NCBI GenBank assembly: GCA_040285745.1 | Contig: JAUFOR010000008.1 | Location: forward strand, 186,001 to 250,000 | Source: Barthelona sp. PCE | Lineage: Eukaryota | DNA: 64,000 nucleotides | Direction of reading: 5' to 3' | Shown: in pieces, positions 32,298 through 43,526 of the stretch | Layout of the letters: each line of letters starts with the position of its first letter | Position numbering within the stretch: the first letter of the stretch is position 1 | Notes under the pieces: model-generated | Told to the model about the DNA's origin: nothing | Databases searched by the model: none | What the model saw: only the letters and a program-made list of their open reading frames with translations | Made by a program: the position numbers and the translations under genes

Positions 32298-35200
32298 ATG
32301 AGATATTTTTTGCTTTTTTGTTTGTTTTTTGTGGCATATTGCAATAGTACACTCAACTGCTCAACAGTAATTAGTGTTAAGGATCATCAAAAGATTGTTA
32401 GCATTAGAAATGCAAATAGTAATTGCACACTTGACTTTACCGGTGTTGATGTGTCAGAAGAACGCGTTTTGTACATAAGGGATACTGAGAATATTGAATT
32501 CAAGACAATAGCGTATGAAAATCAACTTATAAACTTTCGCTGCTTACATTGTAAGAAGATGGCATTACCCACAGTTTTCAAATATACTAATGTGACAATA
32601 TATGATTCTAACTTCTGTATTGAAGGTGATTTTGTTGTTGACAGTTTATCAATTATTTCTTCAACCATTGATGGGTTAAACCTCACCAAAGATTCAAGAA
32701 TCGATTCGCTTAATTTCAAAGACAGTGTTTTTACTGCTTACTGTCCAATAGTGTGTTTATTCAATATTAAGAAATTAGTAATGAGTGATTTTGCAAGTAT
32801 AACTGTGATTAATGCTGTCAATATCGAAAAAATATCAATCATCCGGGTCTCAAACATCATCCACTTTAAACAATTAACAAATGTAAGGGAGATTAAGATT
32901 ATAAATTCTACCATACATCAGTTGACAGGTATTCCTTCCGATTTATTGGTGTTTGACAACGTTAAAAGCAGATCTAACTTCTTAATAGAGGGGTATGATG
33001 CTGAACTGAGAAGTTTTGTTATTAAAGATTCTATTTTAGGTTGGTTTTTCATTGAGGATAGTCGTGTTCATCAAATTGAATTCATTAGAACTGACTTTTC
33101 CAAGTTATTCATCACCTCGTTGGATGAAATTGTGCTGCGTGATTCTGTATTCCCGTCAAACTTTTTAGAATTCAAAATCGATGTGATTAAACGATTAAAA
33201 ATCTCAAATTGTGAAATTTTCTCTATTTTTTATTTTCCGAGTTATGAAATATTATTCTTGGATAGTATCACTGTTATAAATAGTATATTTCACGAGATGG
33301 AATTAAAAGATCATTATATATTGCCTAGGGCTAAAGAATCAAACTTATGGAACACCACATTCAATCAAGTAACACACTCACTTGACCCCTACAATGAGTT
33401 TGATGATCGTATCACTGAACAATATCTGTCTGATGTGAAAATGACAGTTAGCTTTTTCCCACTATACCCAGTTAGCGTTCTTATAATTGAAGATACGACA
33501 TTTAAAGATGTTGTGTTAAAGGATTTGAAGCGAGTAGTTGCAAAAAATGTTAATTTCATTGATTGTGCGTTAGATACTTTGTATATACAAGAAATGAATA
33601 ATGTGTTTTTTGGGAGAACGAATCTACATACAGTTTGGTTGGAGAAATGCCCGCAGAACACCATTTTTGATAGTGTTATATTCAAAACACCCATGGTTGT
33701 CTACAATGTTGCTTTTGAGGAGTGCAAATTCAAGAATGTCAGTATACATGACAGTGAATGTGGTGAAGATGCTGTTTTATCGTTTTTAAAGCCGCTCAAC
33801 GGTGCTGTTGTTCTTAGAATTATTAACAGCCATTTTTACGATAATTTTTTCAGCCACTTTATGTTTGATGAACGAACAAGCAATTTGCAAAGCACTATAG
33901 CATTTGTGAATTCAAACATAAGATCCTCTTTCAGTGTTTCCATGTTCACATTGGGAAAGAACTTGGCAATTTCTATTACGAATAGTACTATAGCAACAAG
34001 ACATCTGCTGAACATCATTAATGTCGGAACACGCTCAGTTGCTGCTGTTTTGGAGAACAGCACGTTGAGATCCAACCAATTTTTAACTTGCAAAAATGCA
34101 AAATTTACCATAACGCAGATAATTGGTACTGTATCGTTTGGAACGTATGACAGTGGTGTACCGCAAACTGCAATCATTGTAGGCGAAGCTTTACTATTGT
34201 CATCCGTCAGTGGCAATATCGAAATGCTTGATGATGTTTTGTTTTTTGATGGCCCTAGGATTGAGGTGTATGGGATAGACGAGGGCGGAAAATATTCATT
34301 TAACGCGACAGGTGTTAACTGTGTAATAGGCAGAGAGTTTGTGAGCGATATATTCCTTGAATGCAGAAACCTAGATTGGACTTATGATTCTTCAACTTTA
34401 AAAGAAGGCCAGTTGAGCTGTTTCGGAAGTTATTTATGTCCTGATGAGTTTAAGATTGAAGAACCTGTGCATATCACGTATATCAACTCCTTTAATGACT
34501 TCCCTGTTGCAAAACATGGTGCTGTGGATGAGTGGAGGGGGTACGGTGTACTGAATAGACCTATTGAGGGAAAAACTTTTACTTTTGATACAGTAATTTT
34601 CGACTCTAATGATGTTTCAGTACAAAGTTTAACAGCCGTAGTTGCCAAGGATGGCAACTTTACGTTTACATTCACACTCAAAACCAGAAATTGTGGAGAT
34701 TCACATGAGCTGAATTTCCAAATGCCTTTTTACTTATCGAAAAGCACGCAAGGTACTGAATTCACCCTTTTTCAGCAGGGTTGCCAGCCTGGGTGGCATA
34801 ATAATGAGGGGAAATGCGAGCTATGTCCAGTTGGCACTCATCAGCCCTTTTGGAATTCATCAGTAACCATGTGCAACAAAGACCACCGTATTGTTGCAGC
34901 GCAGAAGTATTGGAAGGTGCGAGTTTCGGGCCAGCAGCTTATTATCCCGAATCGTACATTTGTCATTGAAACGAACGAGACGGTGTACGTTTTCCCTATT
35001 TCAAACGAATTCACAAACCCGGGTAACCTCCAAGCTGGGCTTTCGGGGCGCACAGAGGCTGAATGCAGTGCTGATGAGGTAGCGTACTACAAGTACTTCA
35101 GTACCAATATTGACGACCACAACGGGTGCGTTGATATGCACCATGGTACAGGATGTATGCGCTGTGTGAGTTCTTTCAATGGATACGTAGTCATCAAGAA

Positions 35201-36239
35201 CTCCTTCACAAGGGGATGTACGTGCCTTATGAAATGGTACCAGCTGGTCATTGTTTTTGCTGCTCAAATTATTATAATTATGATGTGCATTGCCATCTAC
35301 AACAAGGGTTATAAATTCCCGTGGACAAAATTCCTCTCGAGCGGGGAGCGATATCTCGACTATGATATTTTCGAATGCATTCGCTTGCTTAAGGATTTCA
35401 TGCTTGTCGTACTTCCTGCTGTTCTCGTCTTGCAGAAGGACCTGGTCTTTGAAGCGCACGATTCTTTATTGGATGTATTTGCAAAAAGCATAACGTTTCC
35501 TTTTCTAATACTTGGATATATTTCTGGTTTTTTTGAAAATCCAATACTTAATGAATTTTTAAATCACATCGCAATCACTGTTATCTGCGTCATACCCGCC
35601 GTGTATGGTGCAATCAGAGCAAAAACTACAGGAATTGCTATCCATTTGAGGAGCGGGTTGGAGTTCAGCTCCTCGTTCATTGCTGTCTTCTGCCCGTTTC
35701 TGCTAAAGGATCTTATCGTGCTCGTGATCCCCCACACATACACAGATCTTATAATGGGATCACCCATTCCCTACCTAGTGGGAAAGTCCCCTTTTGACCT
35801 TGACGTTGTGTTTTCTTCTTTTGATAGATGGATGAGCGTAATTATCTTGATCGTGCTGCTGTCCATCCTGTTTGCGATATTTCACAAAGGTATCATTCGT
35901 AGACCGGGTATTAAGACGGAGTACAAGTATAGTTTATACATTGTTCTTCTCAACACTTCATTTTCATTATTTTCACCTGATTATCTAATACTGGGCTTCA
36001 TTTTCAACTTGATGTTCGTTTTCTTGATGAAACCCTTTAAGTTGCATATCCTTAATGATATTACATCTCTCATACTTTTCTTTATCTTAGTGAACATTTG
36101 CGTTTCTCGTTTATTGTTGGGCTGGAATGCTTGGGTGGCGCTCGTGGTATTGGGCCTGTTTGCACTCCTCTTCATCACGACAATGACCTTAAAGAATGAT
36201 GAAACTGATGACAACACCCTTTTGATCGAGAACTTTTAA
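32298..36239 (+). CDS. Large surface protein: beta-helix-like ectodomain, Cys-rich repeat, multi-pass C-terminus
   Basis: Signal peptide MRYFLL; CQPGW...CELCPVGTHQP; about 7-8 hydrophobic segments. Confidence 0.7.
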   Translation: MRYFLLFCLFFVAYCNSTLNCSTVISVKDHQKIVSIRNANSNCTLDFTGVDVSEERVLYIRDTENIEFKTIAYENQLINFRCLHCKKMALPTVFKYTNVTIYDSNFCIEGDFVVDSLSIISSTIDGLNLTKDSRIDSLNFKDSVFTAYCPIVCLFNIKKLVMSDFASITVINAVNIEKISIIRVSNIIHFKQLTNVREIKIINSTIHQLTGIPSDLLVFDNVKSRSNFLIEGYDAELRSFVIKDSILGWFFIEDSRVHQIEFIRTDFSKLFITSLDEIVLRDSVFPSNFLEFKIDVIKRLKISNCEIFSIFYFPSYEILFLDSITVINSIFHEMELKDHYILPRAKESNLWNTTFNQVTHSLDPYNEFDDRITEQYLSDVKMTVSFFPLYPVSVLIIEDTTFKDVVLKDLKRVVAKNVNFIDCALDTLYIQEMNNVFFGRTNLHTVWLEKCPQNTIFDSVIFKTPMVVYNVAFEECKFKNVSIHDSECGEDAVLSFLKPLNGAVVLRIINSHFYDNFFSHFMFDERTSNLQSTIAFVNSNIRSSFSVSMFTLGKNLAISITNSTIATRHLLNIINVGTRSVAAVLENSTLRSNQFLTCKNAKFTITQIIGTVSFGTYDSGVPQTAIIVGEALLLSSVSGNIEMLDDVLFFDGPRIEVYGIDEGGKYSFNATGVNCVIGREFVSDIFLECRNLDWTYDSSTLKEGQLSCFGSYLCPDEFKIEEPVHITYINSFNDFPVAKHGAVDEWRGYGVLNRPIEGKTFTFDTVIFDSNDVSVQSLTAVVAKDGNFTFTFTLKTRNCGDSHELNFQMPFYLSKSTQGTEFTLFQQGCQPGWHNNEGKCELCPVGTHQPFWNSSVTMCNKDHRIVAAQKYWKVRVSGQQLIIPNRTFVIETNETVYVFPISNEFTNPGNLQAGLSGRTEAECSADEVAYYKYFSTNIDDHNGCVDMHHGTGCMRCVSSFNGYVVIKNSFTRGCTCLMKWYQLVIVFAAQIIIIMMCIAIYNKGYKFPWTKFLSSGERYLDYDIFECIRLLKDFMLVVLPAVLVLQKDLVFEAHDSLLDVFAKSITFPFLILGYISGFFENPILNEFLNHIAITVICVIPAVYGAIRAKTTGIAIHLRSGLEFSSSFIAVFCPFLLKDLIVLVIPHTYTDLIMGSPIPYLVGKSPFDLDVVFSSFDRWMSVIILIVLLSILFAIFHKGIIRRPGIKTEYKYSLYIVLLNTSFSLFSPDYLILGFIFNLMFVFLMKPFKLHILNDITSLILFFILVNICVSRLLLGWNAWVALVVLGLFALLFITTMTLKNDETDDNTLLIENF

Positions 36240-36994
36240 CGCTGTTTCACACACTGTCTCTCGCCCTTTACAAGGACGATAAGCCGGCTAATGCGGTGCC
36301 TGCATATCGGGCAGAACCGCAGAGAAGAAGCACATGAGGAACAGCAGCACATGTGAGCGCAGGGTAGAAACACAATATTTGAGTGAGAAGCCATGCATAT
36401 CGCGCATTCATGTTGCTGCTGGGCTGGCTCTGGGCTGGCAGGGGGTGATCGGATCGCTTCCACAGACGTTGGCGTTCCAATAACTATGCTGTCATCATCA
36501 TCATCAAACGAAGCAATGCCTGCTGCTGAATCAACGCACTCTACTGCTGTTTTCATGGAAATTTCGTTGTAGGGTGTGTAGGTGACAACGTCATAGGGCA
36601 CACGGAAGTGGTAAATTGACTCACCCCTTCCATTTTCTTGATGAATGCAAATTATGACTGTAAATAGAATTAGACCTACATAAAATATCACTGAAGGGAG
36701 CAACGGCCCAAAAAGAAGAATATCGGCCCATATACGGTAGAACTGCGAGTCTTCCGTTGCAAATAAAAGAAGCTGGGAAACAAACGCACCGTAGAAACTA
36801 ATGCCAATACTTGCTCCTATTGCCCCCTTCACCAGGAGGTCCATGCCCCTACTGATGCGTCCTAATATAATTATAGAAACCATAATCGATGACAAAATCA
36901 AAAAAAGCCAAACTCGAGTAAAAACACTTAAAACGAGACCCAGTACTTCAAAACCAACACAAGACCCACTAATGAGAATCTGAGCCCTGGACAT
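36236..36994 (-). CDS. Membrane RING-HC (IAP/MUL1-like) E3 ligase
   Basis: N-terminal TM helices; CAIC...PCAHMCCCSSC...CPICR. Confidence 0.85.
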   Translation of the reverse strand: MSRAQILISGSCVGFEVLGLVLSVFTRVWLFLILSSIMVSIIILGRISRGMDLLVKGAIGASIGISFYGAFVSQLLLFATEDSQFYRIWADILLFGPLLPSVIFYVGLILFTVIICIHQENGRGESIYHFRVPYDVVTYTPYNEISMKTAVECVDSAAGIASFDDDDDSIVIGTPTSVEAIRSPPASPEPAQQQHECAICMASHSNIVFLPCAHMCCCSSCASSLRFCPICRHRISRLIVLVKGERQCVKQR

Positions 36995-37502
36995 GCTACC
37001 GATAAAGGAAAGAAAAGCTAATTTACTGTAATTGGACCAAAACCTCAGTATTGTGTTTTTGAATCTTGTTTGGAGCTTTTCAACAACAAGAATGTTTCCA
37101 AATCTAGTGCAAATCCACAACTTTGTGAAGATCAAGATTTCTCATTCAACATTATCCTTTCACTTGGAAACACTCGTGGAAATGATCTCACAGCCACAAA
37201 ATCAGTACAATAGAAAAGAAACAATATTGTTTATACTACAAACGCAATTATCTGCTTCTACGCCAACTACCATTTATTTTGGTTGTGTTTATGGCAGGTA
37301 AACTTTCCACTTTACCACGTTATGCTCATGAATTTTGCTACATCAAACATAATAAATTCATATATGACTTAATTTCATTTTGGCTTCCTGCGGTTTGTAT
37401 GGCTTTCTTGACCGCATGATTTACAGGTCAGAATGCACACAGATGTCGTATTGCTTCAGACAAAAGTACTACATTAGTATTTCATATTCTCACCCCTATT
37501 CA

Positions 37503-39549
37503 ATGAAATTATTTGCTGTACTCGCCCTATGCCTCGTGTGCATGGTTGCCGCGACAACTGAGGGTAGAACAGGCTATGCTTCGCTCAACAACGCGAACGA
37601 GCTTGTTTTCTCATGGGACGCCCCTGCTTCCCCTATTGGACACATCTTCTACGAAGACACCCTCCACACCGTTGGTTGGAGAAAGATTCACGTATGCAGT
37701 GCCATAGGTAATTCCTCAACCCAGACGAACTTTGGCTTGAGGAGATATCTGTGATACTTTATCCAGAGTTTTTACTGACATTTAGGTCCACACCTACGAA
37801 GAGACTCCTGCTCTTCTCCAGATGCGTGTTGCTGGTTTCATGGAAGGCTTTGCCCTTTGCACTGGAATCTGGGATCACTACAACAACCTCGAGAAGCTCC
37901 TACACCTCAAGTGGGACTCCCCCACCGATAGCCGTGTCAACAACTGGCTTCCTCAGAACCTCGCTTGGGTTCGCCAAGAGGCTTCCAAGATGAGCGGTAT
38001 CTCTACTTATTGGTATCAAGCTTCCCTTACCCTTGCTCAGTTCGAGGGTATCGTTGAAGGTTACAACGCCGCTGCTGATGACGACAAGAAATTGACTGAG
38101 AAGCAGATCTGGGCCTACATGGCTGCTGGTGATCTTCTTGATCTCCCCAAGGTCAACAAGGAGCCCGAGAAGGTTGACGAGACCCAGTGGGATCACTGTA
38201 CTGGTGGTATCCGTCTGTTTGACGATCTTTCCGATGTTGCTTTCTTCCAAGCCGCTTGGTTCTACTTTGGCGCCATGAACCGTGTTCTCAAGCACTATAA
38301 CATGCAGCTGGGTACCACCGGCCACGTCTCTGCAAACGAGATTGTCTTTTCTTCTTACCCCGGTTTCCTTGTTTCCTTTGATGATTTCTACGTCCTCGAT
38401 AGCAACATGGCTGTCTTTGAGACCACCGTCTCCAACCACAACAAGACCCTCTCCCAGTTCGTTTCCCCTGACGGCCGCGAGACTCTTCTGACCTGGTTCC
38501 GTGTTACCATGTGTAACAGATACGCCGATAACGGTAAGGAATGGACCGATATGTTTGCCCGCTTCAACTCCGGTACCTACAACAACCAGTGGGTCGTTCT
38601 TGACTACAAGAGATTCACCAAGGATAAGACCCCCAAGAAGGATCTCCTTTGGGTTCTCGAGCAGATCCCCGGTTACACCATGGCTGCTGACAAGACCGAC
38701 ACCCTCGTCGAACAGGGTTACTGGCCTTCTTACAACATGCTCAGCTTCCCCGAAATGCAAGAGCTCGCCAACGTTACTGGTATGCTCGAATGGTGTCTTG
38801 CTCACCCTGGTGATGCCAGCGTCGGTTGCTCAGCAAACGCCCCCACCGAAGCAGATGTCCGTGATTACTATGATTACGATAACGGATCCCGTGCCAAGCT
38901 CTTCAGAGACATCATGCCTCTCGTCGATACCCGTGATGACTTTGAGCAGTTCACTCGTATTAACGATATCCTCATCCATCCCGAGCAGCACGGCCGTGCC
39001 AACGCTGGTATCGCTTCTCGTTACGATCTCTCCTTCAGAAAGATTCCTTTTGGCAACCTCGATTCTAAGGTAACAACCGGTCGTCTCGTCTCCAAAATGC
39101 ACATGCGTGCTATCTCCACCCCCACCACTGGTGCCAAGGGCTCCATCAAGCAGCTCAAGGAACACGATCTCCCCGTCTGGAACTTTACTGCTTGGATTGA
39201 AGAGCATCCTGATCAGAAGGAGGCTCAGGTTCAAGGTCTTCCTTCCGTCTATAACTTTGATTGGCAGTGGTTCGGTAACGATGCCATATGTATGGGTATC
39301 ACTGAGAACAAGTGTCTGGCTAACGAGGATTGTGGTTGGTGTGAATCAACCAAGAAGTGTGTCGTTGGTGATCTCATTGGTCCTTTCGCTGACTGTGAGG
39401 AGTACCAGTATGCTTCCAAGAAGACTCTGTACTGGAGTATCGTTATCGGTCTTATTGTATGTCTTCTTATCATTGCCTCTTGCTGGTGTTGTGGTTGTGC
39501 AGAGCGTAAGCGTATGCGCAAAACAGGCATCGAGTACGAGCGTGTGTAG
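37503..39549 (+). CDS. Phospholipase B-like Ntn hydrolase with PSI-like domain and TM anchor; exons 37503-37691 and 37786-39549
   Basis: Signal peptide; DHCT, FSSYPG, DDFY, NSGTYNNQW, EQIPG, YWPSYN; CGWC motif. Confidence 0.92.
37692..37785 (+). other. 94-nt spliceosomal intron with internal hairpin
   Basis: GTATGC...ACTGACATTTAG; phase-0 removal gives GWRKIH-VHTYEE. Confidence 0.9.
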
Positions 39550-39587
39550 TTCTTCTTAGTTTATTGTCTTAGATTCGTAATAAATGA

Positions 39588-40277
39588 CTAGTTTTTAATA
39601 TGACGCACGATGAAAATCACTCCCAGAATAAAAAGGAGAAATAAGAGATAGAGAAGTAATCGGGGTTTCAATTTCAATACAAAATCCCTTGAAACCCTGT
39701 CTAAAACTGCAGTCTTTAACGCATCTAAGTCACCGCTATTGTCTATAACCTCTGAATTGGCTACTTTGAAGGATAATGGTAATTGGGCATTTAAAAACTC
39801 CTTGACCTGGGAAAGCTCCTTATTTGACCTGTCCAACAGCCGCTGCACCTGTGTCTCCTCGTCACACGCAACGCAGTATACTTTTGCGAAATCGATACTC
39901 CAGTTTGTGCTCACACCAGCCTCATAGAAAAGTGGAATATCCCAAATAACGTGTCTGTGACCCTTCAAGAACAAAACCCAAGAGCGACGGATGAGCTCGC
40001 TGCGTACCAAAGGATGTATTACACTCTCTAGCTGAAACCGCTGCTCTGGGTCTGGAAAAACTTCTGAAAAAAGCTTCGATCTGTTCACCTCTCCTGTCTC
40101 CAGAAGGTAGTCCTCACCAAATGCCTCGGCGATCTTAAGGGCCCCAAGACTGTTTGGCTCATAAAAAGAATGTACAATTGAATCTGAACATAGGACTGGA
40201 ACTTTAAGTTCTTTAAAAATACCTGCCGCTGTGGATTTCCCCGTTGCGATGCCCCCTGTCAACGCGTAAACGTTCAT
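39588..40277 (-). CDS. DCAKD: Dephospho-CoA kinase with C-terminal TM anchor (alternative ATG at 40385)
   Basis: LTGGIATGKST, IHPLV, DIPLFYE, IDNSG. Confidence 0.9.
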   Translation of the reverse strand: MNVYALTGGIATGKSTAAGIFKELKVPVLCSDSIVHSFYEPNSLGALKIAEAFGEDYLLETGEVNRSKLFSEVFPDPEQRFQLESVIHPLVRSELIRRSWVLFLKGHRHVIWDIPLFYEAGVSTNWSIDFAKVYCVACDEETQVQRLLDRSNKELSQVKEFLNAQLPLSFKVANSEVIDNSGDLDALKTAVLDRVSRDFVLKLKPRLLLYLLFLLFILGVIFIVRHIKN

Positions 40278-40457
40278 GACATCTGTGATGTAACTTTTGT
40301 GAAAAAATTGTCTCTTTGTGTTGAGATGCAAAGCTAACTCGATGCGATCAGCTGCCTTGTCCGTCTTATTGGCTTCCTCATCCATTCGATTCGATTTGGA
40401 AACTTAATGATATGAATAAAAACTGTTTTACAAAATTTTCCCTATTCTATCCAATAC

Positions 40458-40895
40458 ATGGATTCTTCTAATCTGCAACATGATGTATTGGTGAAATCAA
40501 GCGTACCGCTGGGCTTTTTAACGTTCGTTCACAAGAGCTTTAACATCATATACTTTTTCACATTCCTTGTATGCTATGTCTTTAAGGTGTTAGTGCTCCC
40601 ATACCCTGCATCCAGTCACATCTTCGAGTTCATATTCCTTATCCTATTTTTAATTGTAGAAATGGTAAGGCTTTTCCTTGTGAATTTGGGTAACAGAACA
40701 GAGCAAAGTGGATCAATTCTAAGTAGTATCGTCTTAAGTGTGTTTGCTGCAGCCTTCTGTTTGTATTTCCAACTCTGGCAAACATATGTACTAAGAGTTG
40801 AATTCATAATATCCTTCATTTATCTAATTTTCATCATTTTTGAAGTTCTATTGTGCATAATTATGGCTCTTACGTTCCGCTCTCAACCTATTTAA
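40458..40895 (+). CDS. TMEM216/TMEM17-family ciliary transition-zone protein
   Basis: SSVPL, LPYP, RLFL..LGNRTE, QTYVLRVE; four TM helices. Confidence 0.85.
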   Translation: MDSSNLQHDVLVKSSVPLGFLTFVHKSFNIIYFFTFLVCYVFKVLVLPYPASSHIFEFIFLILFLIVEMVRLFLVNLGNRTEQSGSILSSIVLSVFAAAFCLYFQLWQTYVLRVEFIISFIYLIFIIFEVLLCIIMALTFRSQPI

Positions 40896-40981
40896 TAAAG
40901 ATGTAGTAACTTTAACACCTCAAAAATGTTTTCCTTTTTTCCTATTTCTTCATTTTATTGTTAAGGCTTTTTGGGATCATC

Positions 40982-43495
40982 ATGACCAAAGATGACCTAA
41001 AAGCACCATTGTTGAACCGAAGTTCACATCAAATGGGTGTTCCACATCATAAGACACGTTCCACTCTAAAAAAGCATTTCACAGAAAACTATGAGTCTCT
41101 CAATCTGGAGCCAACACGCAAGGAGGCCAACAGGACAGCTGATCCAAGGACTCTCAAACGACAGATCAAGCGCAAGCAGTTTAACAAGTGGGTCATTGCC
41201 CTGGCTGTCGGTGTCATCATGGGAGTTTGTGGTAAGACGCTAGACTCCGTTTTGGTGCACTTTGTATCCTTCAGAAGTGATTTAGTGCATTTCTTGATCG
41301 TTTCTCTCAACACACCTTTGCTTGCTTTTTTATTCTACATCAGCATCAATATTCTGTTTGCATTCATATCCGCAGCCATCATACAGTACATATCAGTGGC
41401 TGCTAGTGGCTCTGGGCTGCCCTCACTCCGTGCTTTCTTGAACGGTGTTAATATTCCAGGCATTGTGACTGGGACAACATTCTGGGCCAAACTCACGTCG
41501 TTTCTCTTTGTGGGTGCGTCAGGTATGGTTGCAGGTAGCGCAGGACCAATGGTTCACACAGGGTCTGCCCTTGCAGTGTGGCTCGCACGTATCAGCTTCA
41601 ACGGTAAGAGGGTGTTTCCGGGGTTTGACACCGACGCAGACGTGCAAGAGCTCGTCATGTGGGGGTCATCTGCCGGTATTGCAGCTGCGTACGGTGCTCC
41701 AACTGGTGCCACGCTATTCTCGCTCGACAACCTTAGCATGTTCACCCGCCCCTCGTTGTTGTGGAGAAGCTACTTCTCTGCGATATTCACGGTGCTCACG
41801 TTCGTGCTTGTGGCCACATACATTGGTAACGAAACGGACCCAAGACCGGGGATATTCTCGTTCGGCGTGTTTGACAGCCCTCGATACTCTTTCGTTGATC
41901 TTGTGAATTTTATGATTGTTGGTATCATTGCAGGTATCATCGGTGCCGCTGTAATCCGCGTAGTCAAGATTCTTCTCAACACTCCAAAGTTCCAACCGAA
42001 AACCTCAACCGGGAAGATCTCAAAGGTAATGATTGTTTCAATTTGCTACTCAATCGTCTCCTTCATCATGCCGCTGATGAAAAACGACTGCCTACCAACG
42101 ACAGAAGCCCAGAATCTTGAGCGGTTCCAGTGCGTGTTGAGCGACTACTCGCCGTCCGCCACACTCTTCTTCTCATCCCATTCAACGACATTACAGTACA
42201 TTGTCCACCACGACTCGATGATACCTTCGTCAACACTGATACTGTGGATCATCACAACACTTTGTTTCGCAACAATAACTGGATCAGGCCTCAGCGTTTC
42301 GGGCGGACTGCTTGTCCCATCGATGCTTGTGGGTGCTGGACTCGGGCGCGTGTACGGACAGTACACACACAATTCAGAGCGCACACTTTCGAGTTCAAAA
42401 ATATACGCTTGGGTAGGCGCATCTGCTGTTGCTTCAGGTGTGTTCAGGAGCTCGCTCAGCTTGATTCTCATAATGGTTGAAGCCACGTGGGACACGCGGT
42501 TTGCGCTCCCTATTGCATTCGCTGTGGTTACTTCCCGCGCGGTCTCCGCCAAGTTATCAAAGACACGGGGTCTAAACGATATGGTTATCCTTAACAAAAT
42601 GATACCATTCCTACCTGAAAAGCCAGCATCGAACATGTCCAACCATCAAGCGAAGGACATCATGTCTGCTTACCCAATATCATTCCCCGAACGGGTTTCT
42701 GTTTCCCAGATAAAATCATTCCTTAGTAACTGCTCCCATCACGCGTTCCCCGTCTTTGGCGAGCGCGAGAGCGATAACTACGAGACAGTAAGCGTCACCA
42801 CGGGCAACACTATAAACCCACAGATCTTTTTGGGCTTTGTGATGCGGAACGACCTTTTGTTGGCGCTATCTCTACTGAACTACCTCCCGATCGAGGCGGA
42901 CATAAACAAGGAGATAGCATTTGCACAGCTCGTCCTGCGGACAACAAAGAGCATGCACCCCAACTTCCCAACCATCGACGATATTGTAATCCATCCGAAA
43001 TACAGATCAAGAGACGTCAACGTCGGCCAGCTCGTGAACATTTGCTCGATCAACGTGCCGGAAGACGCTCCCCTGACGCTTGTATTCGATATGTTTCATC
43101 TGCTCAAGCTGCGCCACGTTGCCGTTATTAATCAGTTTAACGAGTGTACTGGTATCATTACAAGGAAGGACCTGCTTGTTTTCGACCCACACACGCCCCA
43201 CTCCAACCCTGTCGCGAAGGGGATGAAGAGGAAAAAGAGAAGAGCACAACACAACACTCGCATAAATTACGTTGGTCCAACGTTCACGCTTCCGCAACAG
43301 GTACAGATGAGCAACCCGCTTTCATCTGTGAAACCCCCGGTTCTAAGTAACACACCTAAGAGCTCGGTCGTTGTTAGTCCGACGGTGCTGCAGCCCCTTG
43401 ATTCAGAAATGAAGAACGAGACGTCAGAAGAGGAGGATCTGGACGTACATCAAAGCGACTCTCCCAATGACGATACAAACTGGTTATTTGCATAG
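40982..43495 (+). CDS. CLC-family anion channel with CBS pair and divergent signatures
   Basis: GSGLP, GSAGPMVH, YGAPTG, GLLVP, HHAFPV, GIITRKDL. Confidence 0.92.
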   Translation: MTKDDLKAPLLNRSSHQMGVPHHKTRSTLKKHFTENYESLNLEPTRKEANRTADPRTLKRQIKRKQFNKWVIALAVGVIMGVCGKTLDSVLVHFVSFRSDLVHFLIVSLNTPLLAFLFYISINILFAFISAAIIQYISVAASGSGLPSLRAFLNGVNIPGIVTGTTFWAKLTSFLFVGASGMVAGSAGPMVHTGSALAVWLARISFNGKRVFPGFDTDADVQELVMWGSSAGIAAAYGAPTGATLFSLDNLSMFTRPSLLWRSYFSAIFTVLTFVLVATYIGNETDPRPGIFSFGVFDSPRYSFVDLVNFMIVGIIAGIIGAAVIRVVKILLNTPKFQPKTSTGKISKVMIVSICYSIVSFIMPLMKNDCLPTTEAQNLERFQCVLSDYSPSATLFFSSHSTTLQYIVHHDSMIPSSTLILWIITTLCFATITGSGLSVSGGLLVPSMLVGAGLGRVYGQYTHNSERTLSSSKIYAWVGASAVASGVFRSSLSLILIMVEATWDTRFALPIAFAVVTSRAVSAKLSKTRGLNDMVILNKMIPFLPEKPASNMSNHQAKDIMSAYPISFPERVSVSQIKSFLSNCSHHAFPVFGERESDNYETVSVTTGNTINPQIFLGFVMRNDLLLALSLLNYLPIEADINKEIAFAQLVLRTTKSMHPNFPTIDDIVIHPKYRSRDVNVGQLVNICSINVPEDAPLTLVFDMFHLLKLRHVAVINQFNECTGIITRKDLLVFDPHTPHSNPVAKGMKRKKRRAQHNTRINYVGPTFTLPQQVQMSNPLSSVKPPVLSNTPKSSVVVSPTVLQPLDSEMKNETSEEEDLDVHQSDSPNDDTNWLFA

Positions 43496-43526
43496 CCTAG
43501 AAAAGAAACAGTTAATAAACTAATAT

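Noticed and set aside
37900-38805. 301-aa antisense ORF
   Set aside because: Shadow of strong codon bias in the phospholipase B gene
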